Source: an uncultured bacterium
GTDB taxonomy: Bacteria; Gemmatimonadota; Gemmatimonadetes; Gemmatimonadales; Gemmatimonadaceae
Length of the DNA: 64,000 nt
NCBI GenBank assembly: GCA_963978095.1
Contig: CAXBQP010000005.1
Span: 1 to 64,000 of the forward strand
Direction of reading: 5' to 3'
Shown here in pieces: positions 28,452-38,552 of this stretch. The notes below the pieces were generated by a model. That model had not been told where the DNA came from, did no database searches, and was given only the letters and a program-made list of their open reading frames with translations. A program made the translations under genes and the position numbers. Every line of letters starts with the position of its first letter. Within the stretch, counting starts at the first letter, position 1.

Positions 28452-30148
28452 AGCGCCCCTCGCTTCATCTCCGCCGCCGCGTGCGCGGCCGCGCGCGCGG
28501 TGAGCGCCATGTAGGTAATGCTCGGGTTCTGGCACCCATTGCTGGCCATCGCCGCGCCGTCCGTGACGAAGAGGTTCTTCACCTGCCACGCCTGGTTCCA
28601 CCGATTGAGCACCCCTTCCTCGGGCGTCTTGCTCATGCGGGCGCCCCCCATCTCGTGAATGCAGTGTCCGGGCGGGTTGCTCGAGCCGTGCGCATTGATG
28701 TTCGTGCACCCGGCCGCGTCGAGCATCTCCGCCATCGCCGTCTTCATGTGCTCGTCCATCGCCTTCTCGTTCTCGCGCCAGCGCACGTCGATGTGCGCCG
28801 CGGGGATCCCCCACTTGTCCTTGACCGCCGGGTCGAGGGTGATCCGGTTGGCCTCGTGCGGCAGCGTCTCTCCCCAGCCGCTGGCGGAGAGCCCCCACGG
28901 GCCGAGATCGTCGATGAGCATGTTCTTGAACGCCGCACCGTAACCCGGCATCGAGCTGCCGCGCCCCCAGCCGCCGCGCCCTCCGCCCCCCTGCATGCCG
29001 TAGCCGCGGAGGAAGTTCTTCTCCTCGCGCTTCACGTTCTGGAAGCGCGCGATGTAGATGCCGTTCGGACGGTGCCCGATGGTCTTCTTGTCGAGGAAAC
29101 CGGGCATGGTGCCGCTCGCCCCGGAGCCGTAGTGATGGTCCATGACGTACTTGCCGAGTGTCCCCGAGCCGTTCGCCATGCCATCCGGGAAGTGGTTGCT
29201 GGTGCTGTTGAGCAGGAGCCGCACGCTCTCGATCGTGCTCGCACAGAGGAACACCACCTTCGCCTCGAACTCCATGCTCTCCATCGACTGCGCGTCGATC
29301 ACGCGCACCCCACGCGCCTTCCCCTTCTTGGCGTCGTAGAGCACCTCGGCCACGACGCTCCAGGGGCGCAACGTGAGACGTCCCGTCTTGCGCGCGGCCG
29401 GGAGGGTGGAACCGATCGAGTTGAAGTACGAGTGCGTCACGCACCCGCGCTCGCATGGCCCGCAGTAGTGACAGGCGAGCCGGCCGTTGTGGTTGGCGGT
29501 GAGGACCGCCGCGCGCCCGATCGTCATGACCCGCTCGCCGCCGAACTTCTTGAGGATCTGCTCACGCCCATGGCGCTCACTCGCGCTCATCGCCATCGGC
29601 GGCAGGAACTCACCATCCGGGAGCTGGCTCAATCCCTCCTTGGCACCCGTGACGCCGATGAACTTCTCGACGTGCGAGTACCACGGGGCGATGTCCGCGT
29701 ACCGGATCGGCCAGTCGTTGCCGTGGCCGTCCTTGGCGTTCGCCTCGAAGTCGAGATCGCTCCAGCGGTACACTTGGCGCCCCCACATGATGGAGCGCCC
29801 ACCGACCTGACGGCCGCGGAAGAACTTGAACGGTGCATCCGCCGGCGTGGTGTACGGATTGTCGTGGTCGTTCACGAAGAACTTGTGCCCCGCCTCGTCG
29901 CAGGCATAGCACTCGCGCTGAATCGGGTGCTGATCCGCGAGGATCTTGCGATCCCCCCACCCGCGGAAATGCATCTCCCACGGCTGCACATGCTCGGTGA
30001 AGTCGGTCTTGTCCACCGGCCCACCGGCCTCGAGCACCAACGTCCGCAGTCCGCGCTCGGTGAGCTCCTTGGCCGCCCAACCGCCGCTGATCCCGCTGCC
30101 GACGACGATGGCGTCGTACACCTGCTTCTTCTGCTGGGTCATGGCCAT
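28448..30148 (-). CDS. GMC family FAD oxidoreductase (glycoside 3-dehydrogenase large-subunit type)
   Basis: VGSGISGGWAAKEL, QVGGRSIMWGRQ, CHYCGPCERGC Fe-S cluster, IHEMGGARM, NPSITYMAL. Confidence 0.92.
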   Translation of the reverse strand: MAMTQQKKQVYDAIVVGSGISGGWAAKELTERGLRTLVLEAGGPVDKTDFTEHVQPWEMHFRGWGDRKILADQHPIQRECYACDEAGHKFFVNDHDNPYTTPADAPFKFFRGRQVGGRSIMWGRQVYRWSDLDFEANAKDGHGNDWPIRYADIAPWYSHVEKFIGVTGAKEGLSQLPDGEFLPPMAMSASERHGREQILKKFGGERVMTIGRAAVLTANHNGRLACHYCGPCERGCVTHSYFNSIGSTLPAARKTGRLTLRPWSVVAEVLYDAKKGKARGVRVIDAQSMESMEFEAKVVFLCASTIESVRLLLNSTSNHFPDGMANGSGTLGKYVMDHHYGSGASGTMPGFLDKKTIGHRPNGIYIARFQNVKREEKNFLRGYGMQGGGGRGGWGRGSSMPGYGAAFKNMLIDDLGPWGLSASGWGETLPHEANRITLDPAVKDKWGIPAAHIDVRWRENEKAMDEHMKTAMAEMLDAAGCTNINAHGSSNPPGHCIHEMGGARMSKTPEEGVLNRWNQAWQVKNLFVTDGAAMASNGCQNPSITYMALTARAAAHAAAEMKRGAL

Positions 30149-30688
30149 TTACCTCGACGGCACGATATGGGGAGCATCGCCCACGTACCGCCCGGGCATG
30201 ATCTCGTTCTTGAGCACGTCCTTCTGCACCCGCTCGCTCGTGAAGTAGCCGTGCACCACGAGCCCCTTGAGACGCCAGTAGCCGCGAGCGGCCATGTCGC
30301 TGCGGGGCCTCTTCTCGAGCATCTCGAACAGCGCCGCATTCGCGGCGGGCGAGTACGCAGGGCCCGGAACTGATCCTCCCTTCATCAGCGCGTCGATCGC
30401 GGCGAGGCCGTCGTCGAGCTGCTTCCGTTCGGCGTCCGAGTAGTACTCCTTCACGACGACGTCGATCCACGCGACCACGCCAACATCGGTGGCGCTCGGC
30501 GTGTCGGTGCGCGGGAACCAGGTATCGGCGAGCGCGCCGAGCGCGGCGGCATCGGCGGCCGTCAGCGCACCGAGCGCTCCGGTGGCCGGCGTGGCCGCGA
30601 CCGAGGCCCAAGCGGCTTCGGCCGTGCTCGGCAGCATGGTGAAGGCGGCGGCAGCGCCGAAGGCGCGCAGCAGATCACGACGGTCCAT
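30149..30688 (-). CDS. Gluconate 2-dehydrogenase subunit 3 family Tat small subunit
   Basis: MDRRDLL Tat motif, FPRTDTPSA, GYFTSE, MPGRY. Confidence 0.85.
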   Translation of the reverse strand: MDRRDLLRAFGAAAAFTMLPSTAEAAWASVAATPATGALGALTAADAAALGALADTWFPRTDTPSATDVGVVAWIDVVVKEYYSDAERKQLDDGLAAIDALMKGGSVPGPAYSPAANAALFEMLEKRPRSDMAARGYWRLKGLVVHGYFTSERVQKDVLKNEIMPGRYVGDAPHIVPSR

Positions 30689-30795
30689 CGGAACGGCCTC
30701 GTGGCAGGAGGATACGGCGAAGCTACGCGCGGGGGCGGGGGGCGTCCAGCGGGGCATGGGTTCGAGTGTGCACCACCGGTATCCGAGCCCCGGGT

Positions 30796-31689
30796 TCAGT
30801 GCTTCCCTGCCTCGATCGCAGCCCTCAGGCCCGCGAGGACGTCCCTCGGCTTCCCATCCGCCCAGAAGTGGATGTAGTACACCCGCGGCGATTCTTCCAC
30901 GAGATGGCCGTGCATCGCCGTGGCCGCGATCCCACCGGTGGCCAGCGCGGCGATGACGGCATTCACGCGGTCCCCAAGGATCGAGAAGTCTCCCGTCGCC
31001 ACATAGCGGTCGACGCTCACCATCTGGATGTTGATCGGCGTGCCGTAGCCCTGCGACGGCACGACGGGAATGCCGCCCATCGTCACTGCGCCGGTCACGA
31101 GCAACGGCGTGAACTGCATCACGGCGCCGTTGACCTTGCCGGCCATGCCGAGGGCCGTCGCGACCATGGCGCTGTCGATCGTGGCGGGGACGGGAGCAGC
31201 CGCGGGCGGCACCGGGCGTGGCGATGCGGTGTGTTTCATGACCGCGTCGAACTTCCGGGCCAGCTCGACCGCATTGCCCATCGCGTGTACATGCACGTAG
31301 GTGAGTTGCGGCGCGGCGCCCGCCAGATGATTGTGGATCGCCGAGATCTCGATCCCCTGCGCATGAAGCTCGGCCTGCACGGGCGTGAGCTCGTTCGGGA
31401 GGAGAATCAGATCGCCCATCACCGTGGTCATCGCGGGCGGACCGGAGAACCCGAGCCAGGCACCGCTCGCCATCGCGGGCGCGAGCGTGAGATCACCGAC
31501 GTTCAGCGTGATGTCGCGGCGCGGGAAGTTGTAGCGGGTGTAGCCCGCGGCGACGGTGGGTGGCGACTGCAGGATGCGGCCGACGTCGAGTTGCTCGAGC
31601 GTGAATCCCTGTGCCGATGCCAGCGATGCGACGACAGCGCTGAGCGCCAACGATCGCAGCGCGATGCGCGCGATGACCCCCTGTGACAT
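30796..31689 (-). CDS. DUF1259 (LppY/LpqO-like) exported protein
   Basis: Duplicated domain with MGDL/TGDF, AIHNHL/AMHGHL, YVHVH/YIHFW; signal peptide; GAGGAG RBS. Confidence 0.85.
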   Translation of the reverse strand: MSQGVIARIALRSLALSAVVASLASAQGFTLEQLDVGRILQSPPTVAAGYTRYNFPRRDITLNVGDLTLAPAMASGAWLGFSGPPAMTTVMGDLILLPNELTPVQAELHAQGIEISAIHNHLAGAAPQLTYVHVHAMGNAVELARKFDAVMKHTASPRPVPPAAAPVPATIDSAMVATALGMAGKVNGAVMQFTPLLVTGAVTMGGIPVVPSQGYGTPINIQMVSVDRYVATGDFSILGDRVNAVIAALATGGIAATAMHGHLVEESPRVYYIHFWADGKPRDVLAGLRAAIEAGKH

Positions 31690-31723
31690 GTCGGACTCCT
31701 CGGTCGATGCCCCTGCCGTTCGA

Positions 31724-34426
31724 TTACTTCCCTCTGCGCTTCCCCTTGCCCGCCGGCGAACCTGGCCGGAACCCGCCCTTGCCACGCGCCCACGGCGACT
31801 GGTCCGGACGCCCCGAGGCACGCCCACCGCGCGCAGGACGACGCTCCTCGCGTCGGACCTCGTCTTCGGTGAACGGCTTGTCCAATGCGTCCTGGATCTC
31901 CTCCACCGAGTCCGCCTTCACATTCCCGCGCGCGCCGCGCGTGATCGTGAAACGCACGGGACGGTCGAGCAACGGCAATTCCTCGAAGATCAACCCGCGC
32001 GCCACCTTCTCCGGCAACACGAGGCGCACCACCCCCTGCACCTTCCCGTCGCCAACCTCCTCCACTTCATAGTGCATCGGCACGGTGCGATCACGCACTT
32101 CCGCCGCACCCGGCAGCGCATTCAATCGCGCGCGCTCCTCCGGGGACACGAAGTCGTCCGCCCGGAACCGCATCGGCGCCGCGCGGAATCCCTGGATCGT
32201 GGTCACGTTCCCCAACTGCGACTCGTACCACGCCGTGAGCTCCGCCAATCCCATCTTCGGCGTGCGCCCGCCGCTCCGACGATACGCCTCGCGCACCTCA
32301 GCGATCGGCTGCCGGTTCCGCTGCACCGCGGCGTGGTGCGCTTCCTCGCGCGCCATCGCTTCGGCCAGCACGCGCCGGGCGTCAGCTTCCATTCCCGACG
32401 GGAACTCGTGCAACGCCTCACGTTCGCGCTGCAACTCGAAGCCGAAGTACTCCACCCGCCGTTCCATGGCGAGCGGATGGCTCTTGTGGCGCGGGTCGAA
32501 CACCAGCTTGGCCGCACTCGACGTCGCGTACTTCCGGATCAGTTGCTGCGGGACGTTCGTTCCCTCGATCGCCGCGCGCGAGTTGCCATACGCATCAGCG
32601 AAGTAGCGCAGCGTGCCGCTGATCCCGCCCCAGCTCCCGGCCACGCTCGTCTTGCTCACCCGCGCTTCGTGTCCATCGGCGGTGTGCTCGTCGATCACCA
32701 GATCGAACGGCTGATAGCGCGCGAGCAGCTCCACGAACTGCCGCTCCACCGCCTCCGTCACCATCGGCATCACGTCCGGCAACGGGAGCCGCACCGCCCG
32801 GTAGATCGACGCCATCGCGAGTGCGGCATCCTCCACGCTCTTCATGAGCACGCCGCGACGGTCCGCCCACCGCTCCAACGAGGCATCGAACAGATGCCGC
32901 GGCAAGCCGTACACTTCGCCCACATAGCCGCACTTGTGGAACGCCTCGGCGTACACGTTGTACGCGGTGAGGTTGTCGCTCCCGCGGATGATCAGCCCCG
33001 CAAGATCGCGATCCTCGCGCGTCATCCGGTGCAGCGACTCAATCCCGGCCATGACGGCGACATACGGCAGCATGGTATCGTCGCAATGCACGAGCATCTC
33101 GGCCCACGGCCGATCCACCGGCATCGCCTCGACCGCCTTCCCGTACTTCGTGAGTCGCCCGTTCTCGACGATCCCGCGCACCTCGAGGTGTGCCATCGCC
33201 TTGCGATACGCAAGGCGATCGAGCGGCACGGGGAGTTCGAGTTCGTCCGCCCGAACCCCCAGATCCGCGCAGGTGAGTGCCACGCGCTCGCTGTCGCCGG
33301 CGAGCTGGAAGTCGGGCGGCGTCGGACGCAGCGCGTCGAAGGCGATGTCGCGATCGCTCAGAATGAACACGCGCCCACCCGCCACACGCCCGTGGACGCG
33401 CCCGGCCATCTGCAGGATCTCGTTCGCGCCAAGATGCACGCGCGTCAGCACGTTCTTGCCACGATCGATGACATTCGCGAATCGCGTGTCGTCGATCACC
33501 ACCGTGTCGAGCCCCTGGACATTGAGCGCACTTTGGCCGGCCGCGGTCATCGCCAGCAGATACGGCTTGGCCACCGTGCCGTCGAGGAACGGCCGGATCA
33601 CACGAATCGGCTCGCCGCCGTGATAGAACTGCGCGGTGATCCCGCGGAACCGCGCCTGCACGCTCGTCGCCACTTGCTCGACACCGGCACGCGTCGGGAG
33701 GAACACCCCCACGCCGCGTTGCTCCTTGACCACCTTGGCGAGGAATCGATCGTCGAGAAAATGTTGCGGATTCGCGCGCACGACCTCCACATGCGCCGCC
33801 TTGGCGGGATCGAAGGCGCTCGATTCCACCACCGCCTCGGCGTCGAGATAGCGCCGATAAAACGCCGGATCGACGGTGGCCGACAACCAGATGAAGCGGC
33901 ACCCCACGCGCTTCCCCAGCGCGAGACAGAGCTCGAGTTCCGCACTGGTCTGGTGGATCTCGTCCACCACGAGCGTGTCCTGGCGGCGAATATCCCCATC
34001 CTGGAACCAGCGCCGCGCGATGCCGGTGGTCACGATCACCACATTCCAGCTCGGCGACTCGGGCGTGGCCTCGCGCTCGCGGTTGATCACGCCGACGCGC
34101 AACTCGGTGGTGCCGAGCAGTTCCTGCGCGATCGGTTTGACGCTCAGCGTCTTGCCTGTCCCCGTGCCGGCGACGATGCCGAACCCGCGGCGCGGCGCCG
34201 AGAGGGGGGCTTCCAGGTCGTGCGCACGGAAACGTTCAGCGAGCTCGCGCAGTTCAGCGCCACGCGCCTTCCAGAGCACCGTCTCGATGTCGAGGGCGAA
34301 GGCCAGCTCGATCGTCTCGCACGCCGCACGCGTCGGCGCGATGATGATGATGCGGCGAGTCTCCCCCGACCCGACGAAGGCGTCGTGATCGGGGGGGAGG
34401 AACGGGTCGCGGACGTCGCGCAGCAC
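31724..34426 (-). CDS. DExH-box (HrpB-like) SF2 helicase with atypical motif order
   Basis: GTGTGKT, DEIH, SAT, FLPTR, QMAGR motifs; basic RGG-rich C-terminal tail; start GTG 34426 inferred. Confidence 0.88.
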   Translation of the reverse strand: MLRDVRDPFLPPDHDAFVGSGETRRIIIIAPTRAACETIELAFALDIETVLWKARGAELRELAERFRAHDLEAPLSAPRRGFGIVAGTGTGKTLSVKPIAQELLGTTELRVGVINREREATPESPSWNVVIVTTGIARRWFQDGDIRRQDTLVVDEIHQTSAELELCLALGKRVGCRFIWLSATVDPAFYRRYLDAEAVVESSAFDPAKAAHVEVVRANPQHFLDDRFLAKVVKEQRGVGVFLPTRAGVEQVATSVQARFRGITAQFYHGGEPIRVIRPFLDGTVAKPYLLAMTAAGQSALNVQGLDTVVIDDTRFANVIDRGKNVLTRVHLGANEILQMAGRVHGRVAGGRVFILSDRDIAFDALRPTPPDFQLAGDSERVALTCADLGVRADELELPVPLDRLAYRKAMAHLEVRGIVENGRLTKYGKAVEAMPVDRPWAEMLVHCDDTMLPYVAVMAGIESLHRMTREDRDLAGLIIRGSDNLTAYNVYAEAFHKCGYVGEVYGLPRHLFDASLERWADRRGVLMKSVEDAALAMASIYRAVRLPLPDVMPMVTEAVERQFVELLARYQPFDLVIDEHTADGHEARVSKTSVAGSWGGISGTLRYFADAYGNSRAAIEGTNVPQQLIRKYATSSAAKLVFDPRHKSHPLAMERRVEYFGFELQREREALHEFPSGMEADARRVLAEAMAREEAHHAAVQRNRQPIAEVREAYRRSGGRTPKMGLAELTAWYESQLGNVTTIQGFRAAPMRFRADDFVSPEERARLNALPGAAEVRDRTVPMHYEVEEVGDGKVQGVVRLVLPEKVARGLIFEELPLLDRPVRFTITRGARGNVKADSVEEIQDALDKPFTEDEVRREERRPARGGRASGRPDQSPWARGKGGFRPGSPAGKGKRRGK

Positions 34427-34446
34427 GGGGCTCGGAGGCCGGCCCC

Positions 34447-34947
34447 TCAGGGAACCTTCGTGCTGGGCGTCGGAACGGTGACTTGGGGCCCCGTCAGCGG
34501 CTTGGCCGGCCCTAACTCGGTCACGACTTTCACCGTGACGGCCCGGTCCGGCGACTGGAGCGCCGACCGAATGGTCTGCTCCTGCAGCGCGCGACGCGCC
34601 AGCTCCCGCTGCCGCGCGTCGGGATCCGTCGGGAGTTCCCACAGATTCACCGGCTGCGCCGCCCGGGAGCGGCCGTTGGCGCGCGCGTCAATCGGCGTGG
34701 ACCGGACCTCACCGCCGAAGAGCACCGAGGCGCCCTGCGGCCGGGCGCGGATCGCGGCGGCACAGTCGGTGGGTGCCGGCTGTTGAGCGGGGGCCACATC
34801 CTTCAGCCAGATGCGGCACATCCCCGCCGGGGGCATCGCCGACCGTGGAATGAGCGGCTGCGCCGGTTCGGACATGCCCCGATCCTGCGCTCCCAACGGG
34901 AACGCCACCAGGAACGCCATGATCGGCGCCGACCGCTGCAACGGCAT
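34447..34947 (-). CDS. Hypothetical exported protein
   Basis: Signal-like N-terminus; PPAGMCRIW...QPAPTDC Cys-pair motif; start uncertain (34962, 34947 or 34920). Confidence 0.65.
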   Translation of the reverse strand: MPLQRSAPIMAFLVAFPLGAQDRGMSEPAQPLIPRSAMPPAGMCRIWLKDVAPAQQPAPTDCAAAIRARPQGASVLFGGEVRSTPIDARANGRSRAAQPVNLWELPTDPDARQRELARRALQEQTIRSALQSPDRAVTVKVVTELGPAKPLTGPQVTVPTPSTKVP

Positions 34948-35052
34948 GATTCCTCGCACCACGACTCCCTCCCCTCGGTTTCCCGGTTCTCACCGGAGAC
35001 GAACCATCCGCCCCACGCGACACAATCTGCCGAGAATCCGGGGCATTCGGTA

Positions 35053-36138
35053 CTACCCCAGATCCCCGAAACTGATTCCCAATCGACGGGCGGTCCGTAC
35101 GATGTCGTGGTTGGGATCCACCCGTTTCGGGTGCCCAAGCACCTGCGCGATGGGCACGGTCACGATATCCGGCGATTGGAGCGCGACCATATGCCCCCAC
35201 TTGCCGTCTTCCACCGCCTGAACGGCGGCCGACCCGAACCGCGTGGCCAGCATACGGTCGTAGCCGGTCGGCATTCCTCCGCGCTGCAGGTGCCCCAACA
35301 CCAGCGACCGGCACTCCTTCCCGGTCCGTTCCTGGATCTGCTTGGCCAAACGCTCCGCGACGCCTCCCACCCGTTTGGCCTGCCCCGGCAGCGAGGCCCC
35401 CAGCGTGGACTCGCTCCCCCCGCGCTCGAACGCCCCCTCGGCCACCACGACGACCGCAAAATGCCGTCCGCGTTTGTCCCGCTCCATGATCGACCGGCAG
35501 ACCACATCCACGTCGTACGGGATCTCCGGGATCAGGATCACATGGGCCGCACCGGACACCCCCGAATGCAACGCGATAAACCCGGCGCTGCGGCCCATGA
35601 CCTCCATGACGATCACCCGATCATGGCTTTCGGCGGTCGTGTGCAACTTGTCGATGGCTTCCATCGCGGTATTCACGGCCGTGTCGAAGCCGAACGTCGT
35701 GATGGTCCCACTCACATCGTTGTCGATGGTCTTCGGGACGCAGACCATCCGGAGACCGACGTTCCCCATCTGTTGGGCGATCGCGAGGGAGCCATCCCCG
35801 CCGATGGCGATGATCGCGTCGATCCCCAGATTCCGCGCATTGTTGACCAACTCCGCCGATCGGTCGATTTCGCGATACGAGCCGTCGGGCTGCCGCACGG
35901 GATACGAGAACGGGTTTCCCCGGTTCGTCGTGTGGAGGATCGTCCCGCCGAGGTGCCCGATCCCCCGCACCGAATCACGGGTCAGGGGCACCACGTCCCC
36001 CTCGCCGAGCAGTCCGGCGTAGCCCCGCGTGATGCCGAGTACGTGCCAGCCGCGATCGATCGCGGAGAGCACGGCCGCGCGGATGACCGCGTTGAGTCCC
36101 GGGGCGTCACCCCCGCCCGTGGAGATCGCGATTCTCAC
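35053..36138 (-). CDS. pfkA: 6-phosphofructokinase (group III type)
   Basis: TGGGDAPGLN, GGTIL, GGDGS, PKTIDND, EVMGR, LGHLQRGG; GAGGAGG RBS before GTG 36138. Confidence 0.95.
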   Translation of the reverse strand: MRIAISTGGGDAPGLNAVIRAAVLSAIDRGWHVLGITRGYAGLLGEGDVVPLTRDSVRGIGHLGGTILHTTNRGNPFSYPVRQPDGSYREIDRSAELVNNARNLGIDAIIAIGGDGSLAIAQQMGNVGLRMVCVPKTIDNDVSGTITTFGFDTAVNTAMEAIDKLHTTAESHDRVIVMEVMGRSAGFIALHSGVSGAAHVILIPEIPYDVDVVCRSIMERDKRGRHFAVVVVAEGAFERGGSESTLGASLPGQAKRVGGVAERLAKQIQERTGKECRSLVLGHLQRGGMPTGYDRMLATRFGSAAVQAVEDGKWGHMVALQSPDIVTVPIAQVLGHPKRVDPNHDIVRTARRLGISFGDLG

Positions 36139-36368
36139 CTGGTTCTGACCTCCTCGATGAGCGCCAACACTTCCCCGGGCCTGGCGTGCCGCCCGAGTTT
36201 CGATTTCTCGAAGATGGGGACCGCGTCCACACTCACCTCGAACCGGCCACCGCGCGAGGGTTCCATGGACACATCGACATCCGGATAGGTCGCACGAATC
36301 GCAGCTGCCAGACCGACAGCCCGGGGTTCGTAGTTTCAGACGGTGCAGTATTCGATGTTGATGTGCAT
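36135..36368 (-). CDS. SelT/SelW/SelH (Rdx family) selenoprotein, 77 aa, UGA read as Sec at codon 11
   Basis: MHINIEYCTV-U-NYEPRA...GGRFEVSVD...IFEKSKLGRHARPGEV; CxxU motif; UGA at 36338-36336; true stop overlaps the pfkA start (GTGA). Confidence 0.9.
36304..36335 (-). promoter_or_regulatory. Bacterial SECIS-like hairpin
   Basis: 15 nt after the UGA: GCUGUC-GGUCU-GGCAGC stem-loop; the apical GGUCU resembles the E. coli fdhF SECIS loop. Confidence 0.7.
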
Positions 36369-36430
36369 GGCGGGCGGTGCGGGATGCCTGAAATATGCGC
36401 GACGGGCGGCCGGACGGGACGTGACGCCGG

Positions 36431-36706
36431 CTACTTGAGCACCACCACGCCGGTGACGTTCGCGAGCCGCGCGATGGTCGTGTCCTGCTTGGCGACCACG
36501 ACCCGGAGGGAATCCAAGGTGCCCCGCAGTTCGGAGATCTCGTTCTTGGTCGCGTTGACGGCATCGCCCATTTCCAGGACCTGCTGGGCGCGCGCGGCCT
36601 CCCCCTGCGGGGTGCTGCACGAGGCGGAGATGCCGACCGCCGCCGCGAGCAGGAGCGCGCGGCGCACGGAGGGTGGTGAGCACTGGGTGTTCCCGGAACG
36701 CATCAT
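36431..36706 (-). CDS. Small putative lipoprotein with coiled coil
   Basis: RRALLLAAAVGISASC lipobox-like segment, heptad-rich C-terminus; AGGAG before ATG; alternative start GTG 36667. Confidence 0.65.
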   Translation of the reverse strand: MMRSGNTQCSPPSVRRALLLAAAVGISASCSTPQGEAARAQQVLEMGDAVNATKNEISELRGTLDSLRVVVAKQDTTIARLANVTGVVVLK

Positions 36707-36832
36707 GATCTGCTCCTGAGGGCGGAGCGCCGCGCGGTCGCGGCGCGTGGAACGGGTGCGTCGCGCAATCGAACGATGCGACGTCCACTCGCGTCGGAAC
36801 GTATCTCCCTCCCGTACCCGACGGGAGGCGTC

Positions 36833-37267
36833 ATGCGGTGCACCCCATGCTCGGATCGCCGCGGGATCACCTTGCCCGAGTTGGCGGTCGCCTGCACGAT
36901 CGTCGGGCTCACCGCCGGCATCGCGGTGCCGCGGTTCGCGGCGCTGGCCACGCGGCTCATGCTCCGCGGGGGGAGCTACGATGTGCATGCCGCACTCGCG
37001 ATCGCGCAAGCACAGGCGGTGCGCCGGGGGGAACTCGTGGCCTTCGTGGGTGATGGCCCGCGGGGCCGGATTCGGGTCGTCGCGGGCACCGATACCCTGT
37101 TCGCACGTGACCTGGGCGCGCGGGGCCTGACGCTGGCGCTGACCCGCGACTCCATCACGTGGTCCCCGAATGGCCAAGGGTGGGGAGCCGCCAACACCAC
37201 CATCATCGTCTCACGTCGGGGGCTCGCGGACACGATCACCGTCTCGCGCCTGGGCCGCGTGCGGTGA
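36833..37267 (+). CDS. Prepilin-type N-terminal cleavage/methylation protein (GspH/FimT-like minor pilin)
   Basis: RRG|ITLPELAVACTIVG class III signal peptide with Glu at +5; C-terminal VSRLGRVR; GGAGG RBS. Confidence 0.8.
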   Translation: MRCTPCSDRRGITLPELAVACTIVGLTAGIAVPRFAALATRLMLRGGSYDVHAALAIAQAQAVRRGELVAFVGDGPRGRIRVVAGTDTLFARDLGARGLTLALTRDSITWSPNGQGWGAANTTIIVSRRGLADTITVSRLGRVR

Positions 37268-37286
37268 CGCGTCTCTTCCCCGGACC

Positions 37287-38501
<1,215 letters not shown>

Positions 38502-38552
38502 GTTGCTGAAAGCTAATCCCCCGTGCGGTCCCGCGCTGACACGGGCCCCACC

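Noticed and set aside
36336..36788. 150-aa minus-strand ORF as listed in the track
   Set aside because: Only its last 10 codons are real (the start of the selenoprotein); the rest overlaps the lipoprotein gene out of frame.
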